From assembly GCF_006345805.1 (NCBI RefSeq), contig NC_043000.1:31496001-31560000 (forward strand): a stretch of 64,000 nt of DNA, given 5' to 3'. Source of the DNA: Octopus sinensis. Taxonomy: Eukaryota. The first letter of the stretch is position 1, and each line of letters begins with the position of its first letter. This document shows, piece after piece, positions 51,651 to 64,000 of this stretch. The notes below the pieces were generated by a model. It was given only the letters and a program-made list of their open reading frames with translations. It was not told where the DNA came from and did not search any database. A program made the translations under genes and the position numbers.

Positions 51651-53702
51651 TATTCCAAGGAGTTTTATTCTGACCCTATGCCCAGGAAATACCGTATGTG
51701 TGTGTATATGTGTGTGCGTGTGCGTACGTGTGTTTGTAGACACACCTAGATAGATACACAGATACAGGCATGCGTGTACATAGATATTACTGTAAATATA
51801 CTGTGAAGTTTGAGTTCACCGGGATTTCATAATTACATATTATGTGGGTGCGTGCACGCGTGCGTTTTTGCGTGTATATGTGCGTGCTCATTTTTGTGTC
51901 TCCACATCAGCATGCGTGCTTAAGCGAAAGCAGGGTATTGTAATCACTTGTCTTTGTGCTTGCAAAATTTACTGGGAAAGGCTGAACGAATTTCCACCAT
52001 ATTTGGTAGAAATACTCATTGTGTGAGTGGCTGGAAATGATGAACATTTGCTTTGATCAACTTCACAAAAAAAAGAAAAAATTTAATCGTTCAAATTTCC
52101 CAATAAGCAAATGGTCATATTATTTTGTTCACTTTCTTTTTCATATGAATCGAGCTTAGCCTGCGAGTGTGTAGATCATGGTGTACCTACGCGCATACAC
52201 ACGTTGGGTACATACATATATACATATATATGCGACTGTGTGTGCGTGTATTTGTGTGTACATTGATGGATTCGAGGGTTTCGTTTATTTACGAGTTGAT
52301 TCCTAAATTTCACCGAAGTATAAATACCTATAATGGTGATACTTACAAAAAAAAAAAAAGGAAAGCTTAATTCAGGCCAATTAAAAAGCATGGTTGAGGC
52401 AACGCATTGTAAGCCACACTAGAATTTGCGAAAAAATTTATCTGTGCGCAGGATATGAATCACTACTTCGATAACTGTTTTCTTTCATTATTGCTAAACT
52501 CGCTTGAAAATAATAAATTCAGTTTAAATTGAGTGTGTGTATCTGTATGTATGTGTGTTAGTGTGCACGTATGAATATACAGAGAGACGTAAAATATACA
52601 TTAAAACACTTCTGTATAATGTATGTCCTGCAAAAACGCCATAAAATTTTATTTTTATTTTACTATTGACAACCTTGTTGTTGTTTCATTTTTCCAGGGA
52701 CTTAACAAGGAATGGTTAGCCTATACATTGATTATTTGTGTAACCTTGACAACAGTGTCTGTGTGTCGCTATAAGCCAGGATCAACCAATGTTTTAAATC
52801 TAATTCTTGCCAATCTTTCTCAACAACCGAATCAAGGTTCCTAGTTACATCATATTAAAAAGAAACAATGGCTTCCTTGATTTTTAACTTTTAAGCCGCG
52901 AGAATATTTCCTTCTTTTTCTTGGTCTTTTATTACTCTTTATATATATATATTGCCTTCTTGTTGATGTTGTTATAGTTGATGATGTTATTTAACCCCAC
53001 GTGAACACAAACTGGACAGGTTTATGATCAAAGTCATTCAATTTGTTACCATCCTGCCTTTTGTAAAGGTGTGATGTATCTAGGATTATATCAGCCAATA
53101 TGCAAAGTTGCTTTTAAAAAGCATTGATGCACTCTTTACAAAGAAAGGTATAAAAAGTTCTTAGGAATGGCATGCAGTAGTGCCTTATCAAGAATGAACT
53201 GTTTAGGCTAGCGAGGTCTTCGAGAAGGATTAGAATAAAAAAAAAGATAAAGAAAGCTATCGTCCTTTTCATGGCGGCCTGTTGATCTCGTTTTTTATTA
53301 TGTTGTTCTTGTTATTGACAGAACAAGCTTTTATGCTCCAATCTCAACTTTTGATCAACTCACAAACACGCGTTCAATCTGAACGCATTCGCGTTTCTGT
53401 GGATAAGAGGCAACAATGCGGTTTCAGGTTCGATGCTTCCTTAAGCCGCCGCACCTTAAACGTTTGCGTAAGATACTTCATGACAGCCGAAGCTTTTGAG
53501 GGGAAATTGGTGGATGAAAAGTGCGTGGAAACCGACTTAACGGTTATTAAAATACCAGTTATATACTGGGATTGCTTCTATACTCTTCTATAGATCTTCT
53601 TCCTTGTGTTAATGCAGGAAATCCTTATTCTTAATTATTTAATCAAAGTGTTTAACTGGCACAATCTTTAATCTGGCGGCATTAAATCCGGATTAGGATT
53701 GA

Positions 53703-54044
53703 TTCCGGATTAGAAGCATTTATTCCAGCTTAGAAGCCTTTTTTGCGGCTTAGCAGCATTTATTCCGGTTTAGAAGTATTTATTACGGCTTAGAAGCATT
53801 TATTCCGGTTTAGAAGCATTTAATCCGGCTTAGCAGCATTTAATCCGGCTTAGCAGCATTTACTCCAGCTTAGCAGCATTTATTCCGGCTTAGAAGCATT
53901 TATTCAGATTTAGAAGCATTTATTCCGGTTTAGAAGCATTTATTCTGACTTAGAAGCATTTATTCCGGCTCGGAAGTATTATTCCGGCTTAGCAGCATTT
54001 ATTCAGGATTTGAAGCATTTATTCCGGTTTCGAAGCATTTATTC
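53703..54044. repeat. 20-bp minisatellite (TTCCGGCTTAGAAGCATTTA), ~17 units
   Basis: Direct reading; units vary at a few positions. Confidence 0.95.
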
Positions 54045-54949
54045 TACCTTTTGATATTCTGGGTTCAAATGCCGCCAATGTTACTTTTAAAGCAGTGAGC
54101 TGGCTGAATCGTTAGCACGTCTGACAAAATTCTAGATGATATTTCCTCTTGGATCGATAAAATAAGTGAACAGTGGAATCGATGGACTTGACCAGCCCCA
54201 ACCCGCCCCACAAAATTTTAGGTCTTGTGCCTACCGTACAACGAGTTTTCAGTGGTGAAGAATTCGTCTCTCTACAAATCCATTGTCTTTCCTATAAATA
54301 TTGGTTCCAAATTCTAGCACAAGGCCAGTAATTTGAGGGGAGGGGAAGTCGATTAAGTCGCCGCCAGTGATTAACCGATTCTTATTTTATCAATCCCCAA
54401 AGGATGAAAGGCAAAGCCGATTAATACCAGCTAGTGACACTAATATCTTTCAGGTGTTCTGTAGACATTCGTAATGAGGAAATGTGATCGCAGGTTCAAG
54501 TCTAGTTATTGCCTAACCCTTAGCCTAAAGTGTACGACAATCCCTCGACTGATTTTCTATACAAACATGTTAAGAAAAACACCACATACATGCATACAGA
54601 TATCTAGTACACAAGGTAGAAAATACCCTATGCATTTAAAAGCCTAATATCTTTGTTGATAGCTGTGTTCGGTCATTAAATTTAGGGTTTTATACCCGCA
54701 GAAACAAAACGAAACTTCTTAAACAGCAAAGTTGTGCCAATATTTATCTTTTAATATATTTATAATTTAATTGTGAGACACGGCAAAATATCATTTTGAG
54801 AAGTGAGTAACAATAACGTTGCATATTATTGATGGAGATGTCCCTATCTCTGCTACATTCTATTAAAAGCAATGAAGAACCTTTTGTTTTTCTTGAATAT
54901 ATTGACTGTCTTTCTTAACCAATAAATTATCTTACATCGTTCTTGCATT

Positions 54950-55900
54950 ATTCCGGTGAGTGCAGTAAATAAAGGAGATCTTTCAGAATGGTTTGATGTA
55001 TAGCAATCTCGATGTATTCACACATTTCAGGTGAATTCAGAGGACTGTTTCAAAATTACATTAGCATATAGATTCCAGCTTTTATAAAAAGCACGATTCT
55101 ATAGACGAAAGTCATTCTCAAAGAACCGAGTAAGCTGGATAGTTTCTATCCACAGAGAGTTTCGTTCAATGTGAATGGAATGGGCGATGGTGAATCGGTG
55201 AATTGGTTGTGTTGTCTTCAATAGCACCGATCAATCCTTCACAGTGTGTGAGAATTATACAATGGTTTGGGGAGAGATTCCCGTTGTAACGAGGAAATGG
55301 AAATGCTTAAAAAACTCTTCGGGAGACTCACCTGGCCATTGTTGGCTTTAATTATGTGTTCTTCAGATGAATGAAAATATTTACCTGCATATGACCTACC
55401 TATTACTGCTAGTTTAATGGGTTAAAGAATTAAGTTATCTCTCATACTGAAATATTTGCACTGAAAATGTTGTCGTTGTTGTTGATTGACCCTTGGTCAA
55501 TTCATGAAGCAGACTTTCCACTTGTGACCATCTCTCATTTTTCTTTCGGATACTGTGTGTCTATGACATTTTTTAAAGCTAAAATTGTCCTTCCTTTTCC
55601 AAAATATTGCGACTTGTTTATTTGGCAGCTATGGCTACCAGAACAAGCGTGAAAGCCTCCAGTTGTCTGCAGAGAACTAAAGACCAAAATGTTTTGAATT
55701 GTCCTCAGCTAGAGAATTCAAACTGTATTGTTGGACAGGGTTCGTTGGGCATTTGACATTTTTCTACGATAAATCTCAAAGATTCAAACATTATTAGTGG
55801 AAGGGAAGTAGATGCTAGCAGGAATTGGGACAGTGTCACTATGTTTTGTAGGCGGATATTTCCTCTAACTTGCCTCCAACTTATTAACATAGAATAACCT
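54950..55900 (-). mobile_element. L1/Tx1-type LINE RT remnant
   Basis: Decayed motifs: TILALKNVIDT, ANNGQVS.P, EGLIGAIEDNT. Confidence 0.4.
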
Positions 55901-56121
55901 AGACTAACGACTTCGAAATTTCAGCTTGCTTACCTTCACCAGACTACTGAATGGAAGAAAGCCAAAACTTCGAAGTCCCTGTCAACCTTTTCCATGTAAA
56001 GATAATAAATATCTGCTTTAGTAGAATGTATTGGATGATCCTTCAGTTTAATGTTAAATTACTATAAAACACGCAAACACACAGACACACGTACGCACAC
56101 ACACACACACACACCACACAC

Positions 56122-56168
<47 letters not shown>

Positions 56169-56202
56169 GTGACCATAACAACAAACATTATATATATATA
56201 TA

Positions 56203-56234
<32 letters not shown>

Positions 56235-57278
56235 GAGAGAGGAAAAATAATTATCGAATGGGTTATATGTGAATGCAAACTTTCAATCGATCCCTTAAAA
56301 ATCAATGAATACTTATCAATCATTTCCGTACTTCTAGTCACAAAATAATAATTTCAATGATTGTTGAAGACTGATGTGTAGAACAGAGATGAATGTTGAG
56401 GATTTGTATTTTCATAGAGTTTGTTGTTGTGATTGTTGTTGCTGTCGTTGTCGTCGTTGTTGTTATTGTTGTCGTCGTCGTTGTTATTGTTGTAGTTGTT
56501 ATCGTTGTTGTTGTTCGGATGATGATGATGGTGGTGATTCTCTCGAAGAGTTTTAAAAATAGTGAATGTTGATGGGAGCATTCAGATGTTGAAAACGTTG
56601 GAATTAAGACTCCTGCCTCCATTTCTATTCTACAGCGAAGCAATGTTGTCTCATATATGACGAAGGTTTTAAGCGAAAGTCAGCATGGAATTTTGCCTAA
56701 CTCATTTTGACGTAGAAGCGTCCATTTGTGTACCCTGAGCGAAGATTATTCACAAATCTGATCGGGCATTCAAAGATACGAAGAGCAACCCAAAGAATTT
56801 TCAGTTTTTAAAATATCCCTATATGGCAGTGAACAGGCCCAGGTGTTGCTAGGCCCAGGTGCTGCTCCCCTGAATTTCTTTGAAGATATCTCGTAACAAA
56901 CCTCATGACGGTGCCTCCATGTCTGTAAAAGCTGCACTGAGGAATTTCATTGTGCTGAGTGCGTCAATCCTTTGAATGAAATTGACAGAAACTTCCCACT
57001 CATGGGCAGAAGAGCTCTCTCTGCTATTCTTCGAGCAAGCAGATTTGTCTCCCTTGGTTTTGTAGCTAGTATATGCATACACACATAACACACGCACACA
57101 CCCACACACATACATACATAAATACACATTAGTTTCATAACGTAAAATATCAAAATAACTTAACAGCATAATGAAGGATTACTCAATAGTTATCTGCAGA
57201 GAACATGTTTATTAACATCAAATTTTCGGGTTTCTAGCATACATTTGACGGTCTGATGAAGGCAGGCAAGATATACAG

Positions 57279-57328
<50 letters not shown>

Positions 57329-57344
57329 TCGTTTGTCACTACAC

Positions 57345-57500
57345 ACATTTTTTCTCTCCTTGTTTTCTTCTGTGTCCCTTTCTGTAGAAGAGCGTAAGCT
57401 CGAAACGTAAAAGACTTTTTCTATTCCTGAGCGCTATACTAATACATTTGTTTGTTTTGTACACCACCTGCCTTCGTCTTTTGTCTGTTTCGTTAACTCT
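57345..57500 (+). mobile_element. Family F copy 4 (HHR-like motif 57378-57413)
   Basis: CUUU CUGUAGA A GAGC GUAA GCUC GAAAC GUA AAAG. Confidence 0.8.
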
Positions 57501-58149
57501 CTCTCTCTCTCTCTCTATATATATATTATATATATAACTTTTTAAATCCTTCCTCTGGAGAAGGAACTGGTTTCTAAAAAAGATACAAAACTCCATCTTT
57601 GGGATGTAGATAATAAAAACAATGTCATATTTTAAACTTGAGAAAAACTTTGCATATTTTTTACTGTTCCACTAACAGATTGCATTTGTAATATGCGAGT
57701 TACTTGGTTGATTTCTTTAAATTCTGAAAAGCCTAGCTTATCCATACTGTCACCGAAGAGTTTACTCCCAAAACCAACTGCATTAAATAGTATTAGTACA
57801 AGTGTGAATTTATGATCCGGATATAGAAGGTGGAGGTTTCGAAGCGGTTGTCCATGGTGATCCTCTTTCTTTAATTTTCAAAGAAATATTCACATCAACA
57901 ACACAGCTAACTCCCAGTTCACTCAGCTGCAAAATGGGTAACACTGCGACGAATTGGTGTGCTAGAGTGAGGTGGTAACTCAGGAAAATGAGTGGAACTC
58001 AGGCCCCACGAGCCATATTTTGTATTCACTGAACGAAAGGATGAGTAGTACAACACGTACTATGAATTCCGACTGGTTGGGGTTTGGTTGTTCAACCATG
58101 TCGATGGTTGGTTGGTTGACTAACTGTTTGATTGATTGAGTGATTGATT

Positions 58150-58309
58150 AATTGGTGTACGACGAGCTTCTTCCAGCTTCTGTCTACCGAATCCACTCTC
58201 TAGTGTCCGAGGCTTGAGCAGGAGGCCCTTGACCAGGATTCCACACAATGGGACTGAACACAAAAACATGTTGGTTGGGAAGCAAATTTCTTACCACACA
58301 GCCACGCAA

Positions 58310-58315
<6 letters not shown>
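58150..58315 (-). mobile_element. SINE family 2, decayed head
   Basis: Reverse complement of GCGTGGCTGTGTGGTAAG..GTTCAGTCCCA..GCCTCGG. Confidence 0.65.
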
Positions 58316-58353
<38 letters not shown>

Positions 58354-58359
58354 TGTATT

Positions 58360-58585
58360 TCAAAACAGGAAATTGGAAAAGTTATTTTTGGTATTATTTG
58401 TTCTCCATTACATGTGTTTCATTTGCTAATAGGAATTACAAAGTCTTTCATATTGGATTTCTAATAAGAAATTTCTTACATGTTTATCCAACATGTACAA
58501 CACTGCAATTTCTATTAGCAAATGAAACATATGTAATGAATAATAAATAATACCAAAAAAAAACATTTCCAATTTCCTGTTTTGA
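58360..58585. repeat. ~225-bp imperfect palindrome (fold-back/MITE-like)
   Basis: ~80-bp arms TCAAAACAGGAAATTGGAAA..CATTTGCTAATAG; centre TAAGAAATTTCTTA. Confidence 0.85.
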
Positions 58586-58787
58586 GATATTATTACTCTG
58601 TAAACAATATTTCCAGAATTTTAAACTCTAATGTTTGTCTCACTTAAATATAACGTCTACATACGAAATTGTAATGCTGGAATAAGCTGAAGTGCTTCAA
58701 GTGGACACGGCTTGGATTTTAACCCTATCTACATAAAATTACAAGTTATTATAGTCCACTCTGCACTGTTGTGCCATTCAAGACACG

Positions 58788-58881
<94 letters not shown>

Positions 58882-59270
58882 CATTATTATGAAAATATAG
58901 AACTACTTAAAGAGTGATCGGTTCGAACCCGAAACAAAAGATAAGAATTAAGATATAACTCAAATTAGGCAATCATATTCATACGGTTATAAATTCGACT
59001 TAAAATGCATATATATATATTAATACATATCGACACATGAATATTTGAAAAAAATATTTATGAAATATAAATATACATAAAAAGACATGTAAATAAAGCC
59101 CATGTGGCATACGTCTGGAAGGCAGCGTGAAAAAAAGGGAACTGATAAAAACTCTGTTGTAATATTAAGAGCGGTTAAGAGTTCCAATTAAAAAAGTCCA
59201 TAGAGTTCGATGTGTTCTTTAAAACTATACAAATGGGTAAATAAGCTATAAAATACAGTTCGAGGAAATC

Positions 59271-59370
59271 CACTTTCTACGGCCGTTTCCAGAGTTCATG
59301 TCCTGGTAGAATAATTAATTAAAAAATCTTACAAACCATGCTGACAATGTCCCCTTCATCAGGAAAGGTG
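59271..59370 (-). ncRNA. Type I hammerhead-like motif with palindromic CGGCCG P3 and long loop 2
   Basis: Minus: CUUUC CUGAUGA AGGG..(~57 nt)..CUCU G GAAAC GGCC GUA GAAAG. Confidence 0.55.
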
Positions 59371-59413
59371 TATGTATATATATATATATGTATGTATGTG
59401 TATACATACATAC

Positions 59414-59483
<70 letters not shown>

Positions 59484-59497
59484 ATATATATATATAT

Positions 59498-59532
<35 letters not shown>

Positions 59533-60394
59533 TGTGTGTGTGTATATATATATATAACTTCAAAAATAGATCGCTGTTATTATAGTTGTGAATCCATATA
59601 TATGTGTGTGTATATATATATATGTATATATATATATGTATATATATATATGTGTGTATATATATATATGTGTGTGTGTGTGTGTATATATATATAACTT
59701 CAAAAATAGATCGCTGTTATTATAGTTGTGAATCTTGTTGATGTTGTTGTAATTGCTAATGTTGAATCTTTGTTGAATTCCTTTGAGATAGAAAACAGTT
59801 CTTGTTCGGTTCATGTATTGTTATTCGTTTCCATTTATTTATCTTTGCCACATACTGTTCTAATTCTCCATTAAATATTTCCCAAGCTTCTTGTGGCAGA
59901 GAACACCATGCTTTTCTATATTTGAAGTAAATATAATCTTTCTGTGTCGGTTTTTATCTGATGTACCCTACACCCAGTCAATATTATATTTACTTTCCTT
60001 GACTAGTTTTGCTACTTCACTCAGTCTCCAGCAGAGCATACCACTAACTTACTACAGGAATATCTAACATATTCCTACCTATTACCTTTCTTACCTTGAC
60101 TAGTTTTGCTTTTCCACGCGCTTTCCAGCTGGGAATATTAACTTACTCCTAGAACAGCTAAAGTATCTATAGCCATTATCTTAGTTTTGACATTTACTTC
60201 TCCTATAAGTATTAATCTAATGCGTCTATAATATTACTTCTTAACCTTTTCTTTCGTGTGTACATGTTTTCTGCTTTATCTACTTCATTAATTCCGAATT
60301 ATTTCTTAGTCTGGATTTCGTTAAATTCTCTTTGTTTAAGTATCTAACATGATTCTAGTGCATTTTAGTTTTCCTTACTACATTTATGTTGTTT

Positions 60395-60400
60395 TTATTG

Positions 60401-60454
<54 letters not shown>

Positions 60455-60464
60455 GATATTATTA

Positions 60465-60517
<53 letters not shown>

Positions 60518-60660
60518 GATATTATTATTATTATTAGATATTATTATTATTAGATATTATTATTATTATTATTATTATTATTATCATTAGTTATTATTAT
60601 TATTATATTATTAGTTATTATTAGTTATTATTATTATTATAATTATTATTATTATTATTA

Positions 60661-60691
<31 letters not shown>

Positions 60692-60731
60692 ATTATTATT
60701 ATTACCATTATTATTATCATCATTATTGTTA

Positions 60732-60802
<71 letters not shown>
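60395..60802. repeat. Long degenerate (TTA)n array
   Basis: Direct reading. Confidence 0.95.
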
Positions 60803-60803
<1 letters not shown>

Positions 60804-61020
60804 GGCAGTGAGCTGGCAGAATCGTTAGCACGCTAAGCGAAATGCTCAACAGTAATTCCTCCGCCTTCACGTTTTCAGTTCAAATTTCACCGAGGTCGAC
60901 TTTGCCTATCACCCTTTCGGAGTCGATGAAATAAGTACCAGTTACGCACTGGGGTTGATATAAGCAAGTATTTCCCTCCCCACCATAATTTGAGGCCTTG
61001 TACCTTTAGTAGAAAGGATT
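60803..61020 (+). mobile_element. SINE family 1 (diverged subfamily)
   Basis: GAGCTGGCAGAATCGTTAGC..GAGGTCGACTTTGCC..AAGTACCAGTT. Confidence 0.85.
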
Positions 61021-61039
61021 ATTATCATCACCAAATATG

Positions 61040-61240
61040 GCGGCTGGCGGACGGAATCGTTTGCACGCCGAACAAAATGTTTAGCGTCATTTCATCGGTC
61101 TTTACGTTCTGAGTACAAATTTCGCCGAGGGCGACTTTGCTTTTCATCATTTCGGGATCGATAAAATGAGTACCAGTTGTGCACTGGGGTCGATATAATC
61201 GACTCATCCCCCTCCCTCGAAATTGCTAGCCATGTGCCAA
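61040..61240 (+). mobile_element. SINE family 1 (second adjacent copy)
   Basis: Same body motifs, older divergence. Confidence 0.8.
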
Positions 61241-61349
61241 AATTTTAAACCATTATTATTGTTATCATCCTCCTCATTATAATGACCGTCATCATCATCA
61301 TCGACGTCGTTGTTGTTTTTGATGTTGTTGTAGTTGCTATTTTTGTCGT

Positions 61350-61726
61350 TGTTGTTGCTGTTGCTGCTGTTGCTGTTGAACGAACAGTCTTCGTCCCAGA
61401 GCTCGCAAGATGGGAGAAGTCCGAAACGTAGTCCTTTGCTATTTGTAAGACCCGCAGAAGAGAAAGCAGGTCAACCCCAAATACCGAGAGCATCAACGGA
61501 TGGATGAATACGCATCCAGGCTCAGTGGTTGCGTAGGAAGTCGGGGACAAGAAACAGGAAGAAAGAGTGAGAGAAAGTTGGGGCGAAAGAGTACAACAGG
61601 GGTCGCCACCAACCCCTGCTTCGTGGAGCTTTTAGGTGTTTTCGCTCAATAAACACACACAACGCCCGGTCTGGGAATCGAAACCGCGAGTTCGCTGCCC
61701 TAACCATTGGTCCATTGCGCCTCCAC
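61350..61726 (-). mobile_element. SINE family 3, tail type gamma
   Basis: Reverse complement aligns to 18491-18870. Confidence 0.9.
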
Positions 61727-61839
61727 TGCTGCTGCTCTTGTGGTTGTTGCTGTTGTTGTCATTATCTTTTTTTTGTTGTTGTTGTTCAATTACTTGCTAT
61801 ATTAGTAGATTGTTTTCTTCGGATTTTGTGATGTTACGT

Positions 61840-62065
61840 CAAATCTTAAGCGTCTTTGGATTCTTGCAGAATATAGGATTGCACTTTTCTGTAGATCGAT
61901 TAATCATGTCTCAATTCCAATAGGCTTCAGTAACAGTTTCTCTCTTGTAATAATTGCACAAACCATCACAGCAATAGTTGTCCTCTTAGTTTTCCACAAT
62001 CTCTTCATCTCTCTGGCTAACTCCTCTTAATTTTTAATTTTCTCACTTTCTTTGATATCCATTCT
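61840..62065 (-). mobile_element. R4/Dong-like RLE 3' fragment (second subfamily)
   Basis: DNRMDIKESEKIKN.EELAREMKRLWKT..DLQKSAILYSARI. Confidence 0.75.
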
Positions 62066-62074
62066 GTTGTCATA

Positions 62075-64000
62075 AGACGTCGCACAGTATCCAATATCCT
62101 GATATCGTTGATTGAAGATATTGCATCTGCCGGGGGTTTCTACTGTCACAACAAGGGCCTCAGACAGACAGTACTTTACACAATATGCATGCAGTTCCGA
62201 GCAAAGCCGACTTTTGCAATACACCAAGATTGTAGGGTATTTCTAAAGTGTCCAGATGTTTCTTTAGGTTGGGTGGTATTGAACCCAATGCTCTGATGAC
62301 AATAGGGATAATCTTTATGTTTGACGCTCGATTCTCAGGTCCCCATATCTACCAATATTTTCCCTTTCTATCATGATAATATTTCGATCTACTGGAACTA
62401 CCACTTCCATTATTAGGCGCTCTTGTTTGTCCCTCCTAAACGTTACTATATTTGGCCTATATCTGCTTTAACATCTTGTCTCTGTGGAAGTCAAAGTCCC
62501 AGAGGGTTTTTGCCTTCCCCTTATCGTCCATTACCTTTTCCGGTGTATGTTGGTACCAAGCATCCGTTACCTCGTACCCATACTTCCGGCAGACTAGCCA
62601 GTGAAAATTTGGGGCTCCCTTATTGTGTTTGCGCTTGTACTCTTTCTGCACAAGACTTTCACAAACACTAACAATGTGAGACACGCTTTCGACCCTTTTC
62701 CCATACATTCCGCAGAGATTCGTTGCACTTCTGTGGTTTATATCCCTTTTCACTGAGTGGGTATTCAATGCCTCGTCCTTTCTTTGGCTATTCGTGATCG
62801 GAATTCATGAGCACTCCCAAGTCCATTTGGGGAAATTCCTTTTGCATTAGTAGCATATTGTAGCAGGTCTTCTTGCTGTTTACCAAATATTCTGCCATGT
62901 TTCTTCTTTCACTGTTGATGCACTCCCGGACATTAATCAGCCCACGTCTACATTTACACCTCTTCATGCAAAGCCTGTGTACGTTCGAATTAGGGTACCA
63001 TGCATTGTCATTGTCTTTCATAGGGCGCGTTGACTTTGCGTAAGGCTACAGAAAGTGGGGTCAAGGCTATAACAAATAACAAAGGTGAGCACGAGTCTTC
63101 CTGGAAGATACCTCTATTATTTTTACCTCGGCTAAGTGCTGGTTGTTGCAGAAAAGACATGTTTTGCAACGAAGCATGCTGTTCTTAATCAGTGCACACA
63201 CGTTCTCAACTTTTCTACACATGTCGGGTGTTTCCAAAATCCGCGAAAGCGTCAACATGTCGTAAACATTTTTAAAGTTAATCCAGGCCGTGCCTAAGTT
63301 TTTTTGGTACAGTTTACAGTTCTTCAGTACAACCTTATCTATCACAAGGTGGTCCTTGGTGCCCTTGGATACTTTTCGGCATCCCATTTCTACTGGAAGT
63401 AGATTGTTTTCCGCAAGGAACGTATGAATTTTCCATGCGAAAAATGCCCGTTAACACTTTCTATAAGAGGTTAAGACAAGCGATGGGTTTGTAATTACCA
63501 AACTCATTGCCGTTTGACCGATCATTTATCAATAATGTTGTCTTTCTCTCTAAAATCCATTCTAGATCAGCCCCACTCAGTAGGCAATTGTTTTATTGCA
63601 ATGTAATTCGCTTGTGTGTGGAACTAAGCTACTTGGGTCAGTAGTCTTGAATCCGGTCTGGTCCTGCCGCTTTCCAGTTTGGTAGTTTTGATACCTGTGC
63701 AATTATACCATCCGTTGTTATGCGCACGTGGTCCTGTCGTGGAGCCTCGGAGTGATGGAGTTCGGATCTCACGGAATCTTTACGCAAGATCATAACGCAA
63801 AGTTTTTAATATCGGCTTCAACACTCGCTCCCACTATGGCTCCTCTCCGTCTGCTTTCCTCTCTTTCTTTCCAACCAGTTCACCTACTAAAATTGAAGCG
63901 GATCTGATCAAGTCCCTTGTTTCCGTTTGATCTTTTGTCGAATGTATTTCAGAATCTTATTAACATTTTGTATCGCGCGTTTCACATTGTTACGGTCGAA
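62075..64000 (-). mobile_element. R4/Dong-clade LINE, multiply deleted, runs off the window end
   Basis: LPNWKAAGPD, YKPIACL, SKGTKDHLVIDKVVL, AWINFKNVYD, RRGLINV, CGMYGKRVESVSHIVSVC, KTLWDFDF, LQKSALLGTACIL*. Confidence 0.92.

Noticed and set aside
53282-53593. 103-aa ORF with VCVRYF..GKLVDE, faintly like a hAT transposase segment
   Set aside because: Similarity too short to support without a profile search.
53703-54044. Regular repeat considered as CRISPR-like
   Set aside because: Contiguous 20-bp units with no unique spacers, in a eukaryotic context.
57254-57275. Isolated CTGATGA
   Set aside because: Truncated by a microsatellite; no GAAA or NUH partner strands.
56620-60350. Possible L1/Tx1 C-terminal scraps at 56900-57070 and 59830-60350 (minus)
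   Set aside because: Only vague motif resemblance; not supportable by eye.

Overview
An AT-rich (TA)n/(CA)n-saturated animal genomic window. The SINE families and microsatellite load point to a coleoid cephalopod, most likely Octopus (inference from recognised repeats, not from a marker gene). I found no supportable host exon: nearly all listed ORFs are microsatellite artefacts or decayed transposon pieces. The window holds three tRNA-derived SINE families, RTE, R4/Dong, HERO-like and L1/Tx1 LINE remnants, many Penelope-like (PLE) fragments, a Gypsy integrase relic, mariner and Tigger-like DNA elements, a 20-bp minisatellite and a 225-bp palindrome. The main hidden signal is RNA structure: about 14 hammerhead-ribozyme (HHR)-like motifs inside the retroelements. 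Five of them, from four families unrelated in sequence (9140-9200 -, 11820-11880 +, 12061-12127 -, 22478-22540 +, 44298-44358 +), have their three core strands in a non-circularly permuted order. That order is cleavage strand, then GAAA strand, then CUGANGA strand, with a 1-4 nt linker from P1 to P2. There is also a ~479-bp tandem/inverted array carrying a conventional type I HHR per unit (retrozyme-like), an 883-nt non-coding unit with 92-bp identical terminal repeats, and a 4-copy element with a CUGUAGA minimal HHR variant. All folds were derived by hand and none is experimentally tested.
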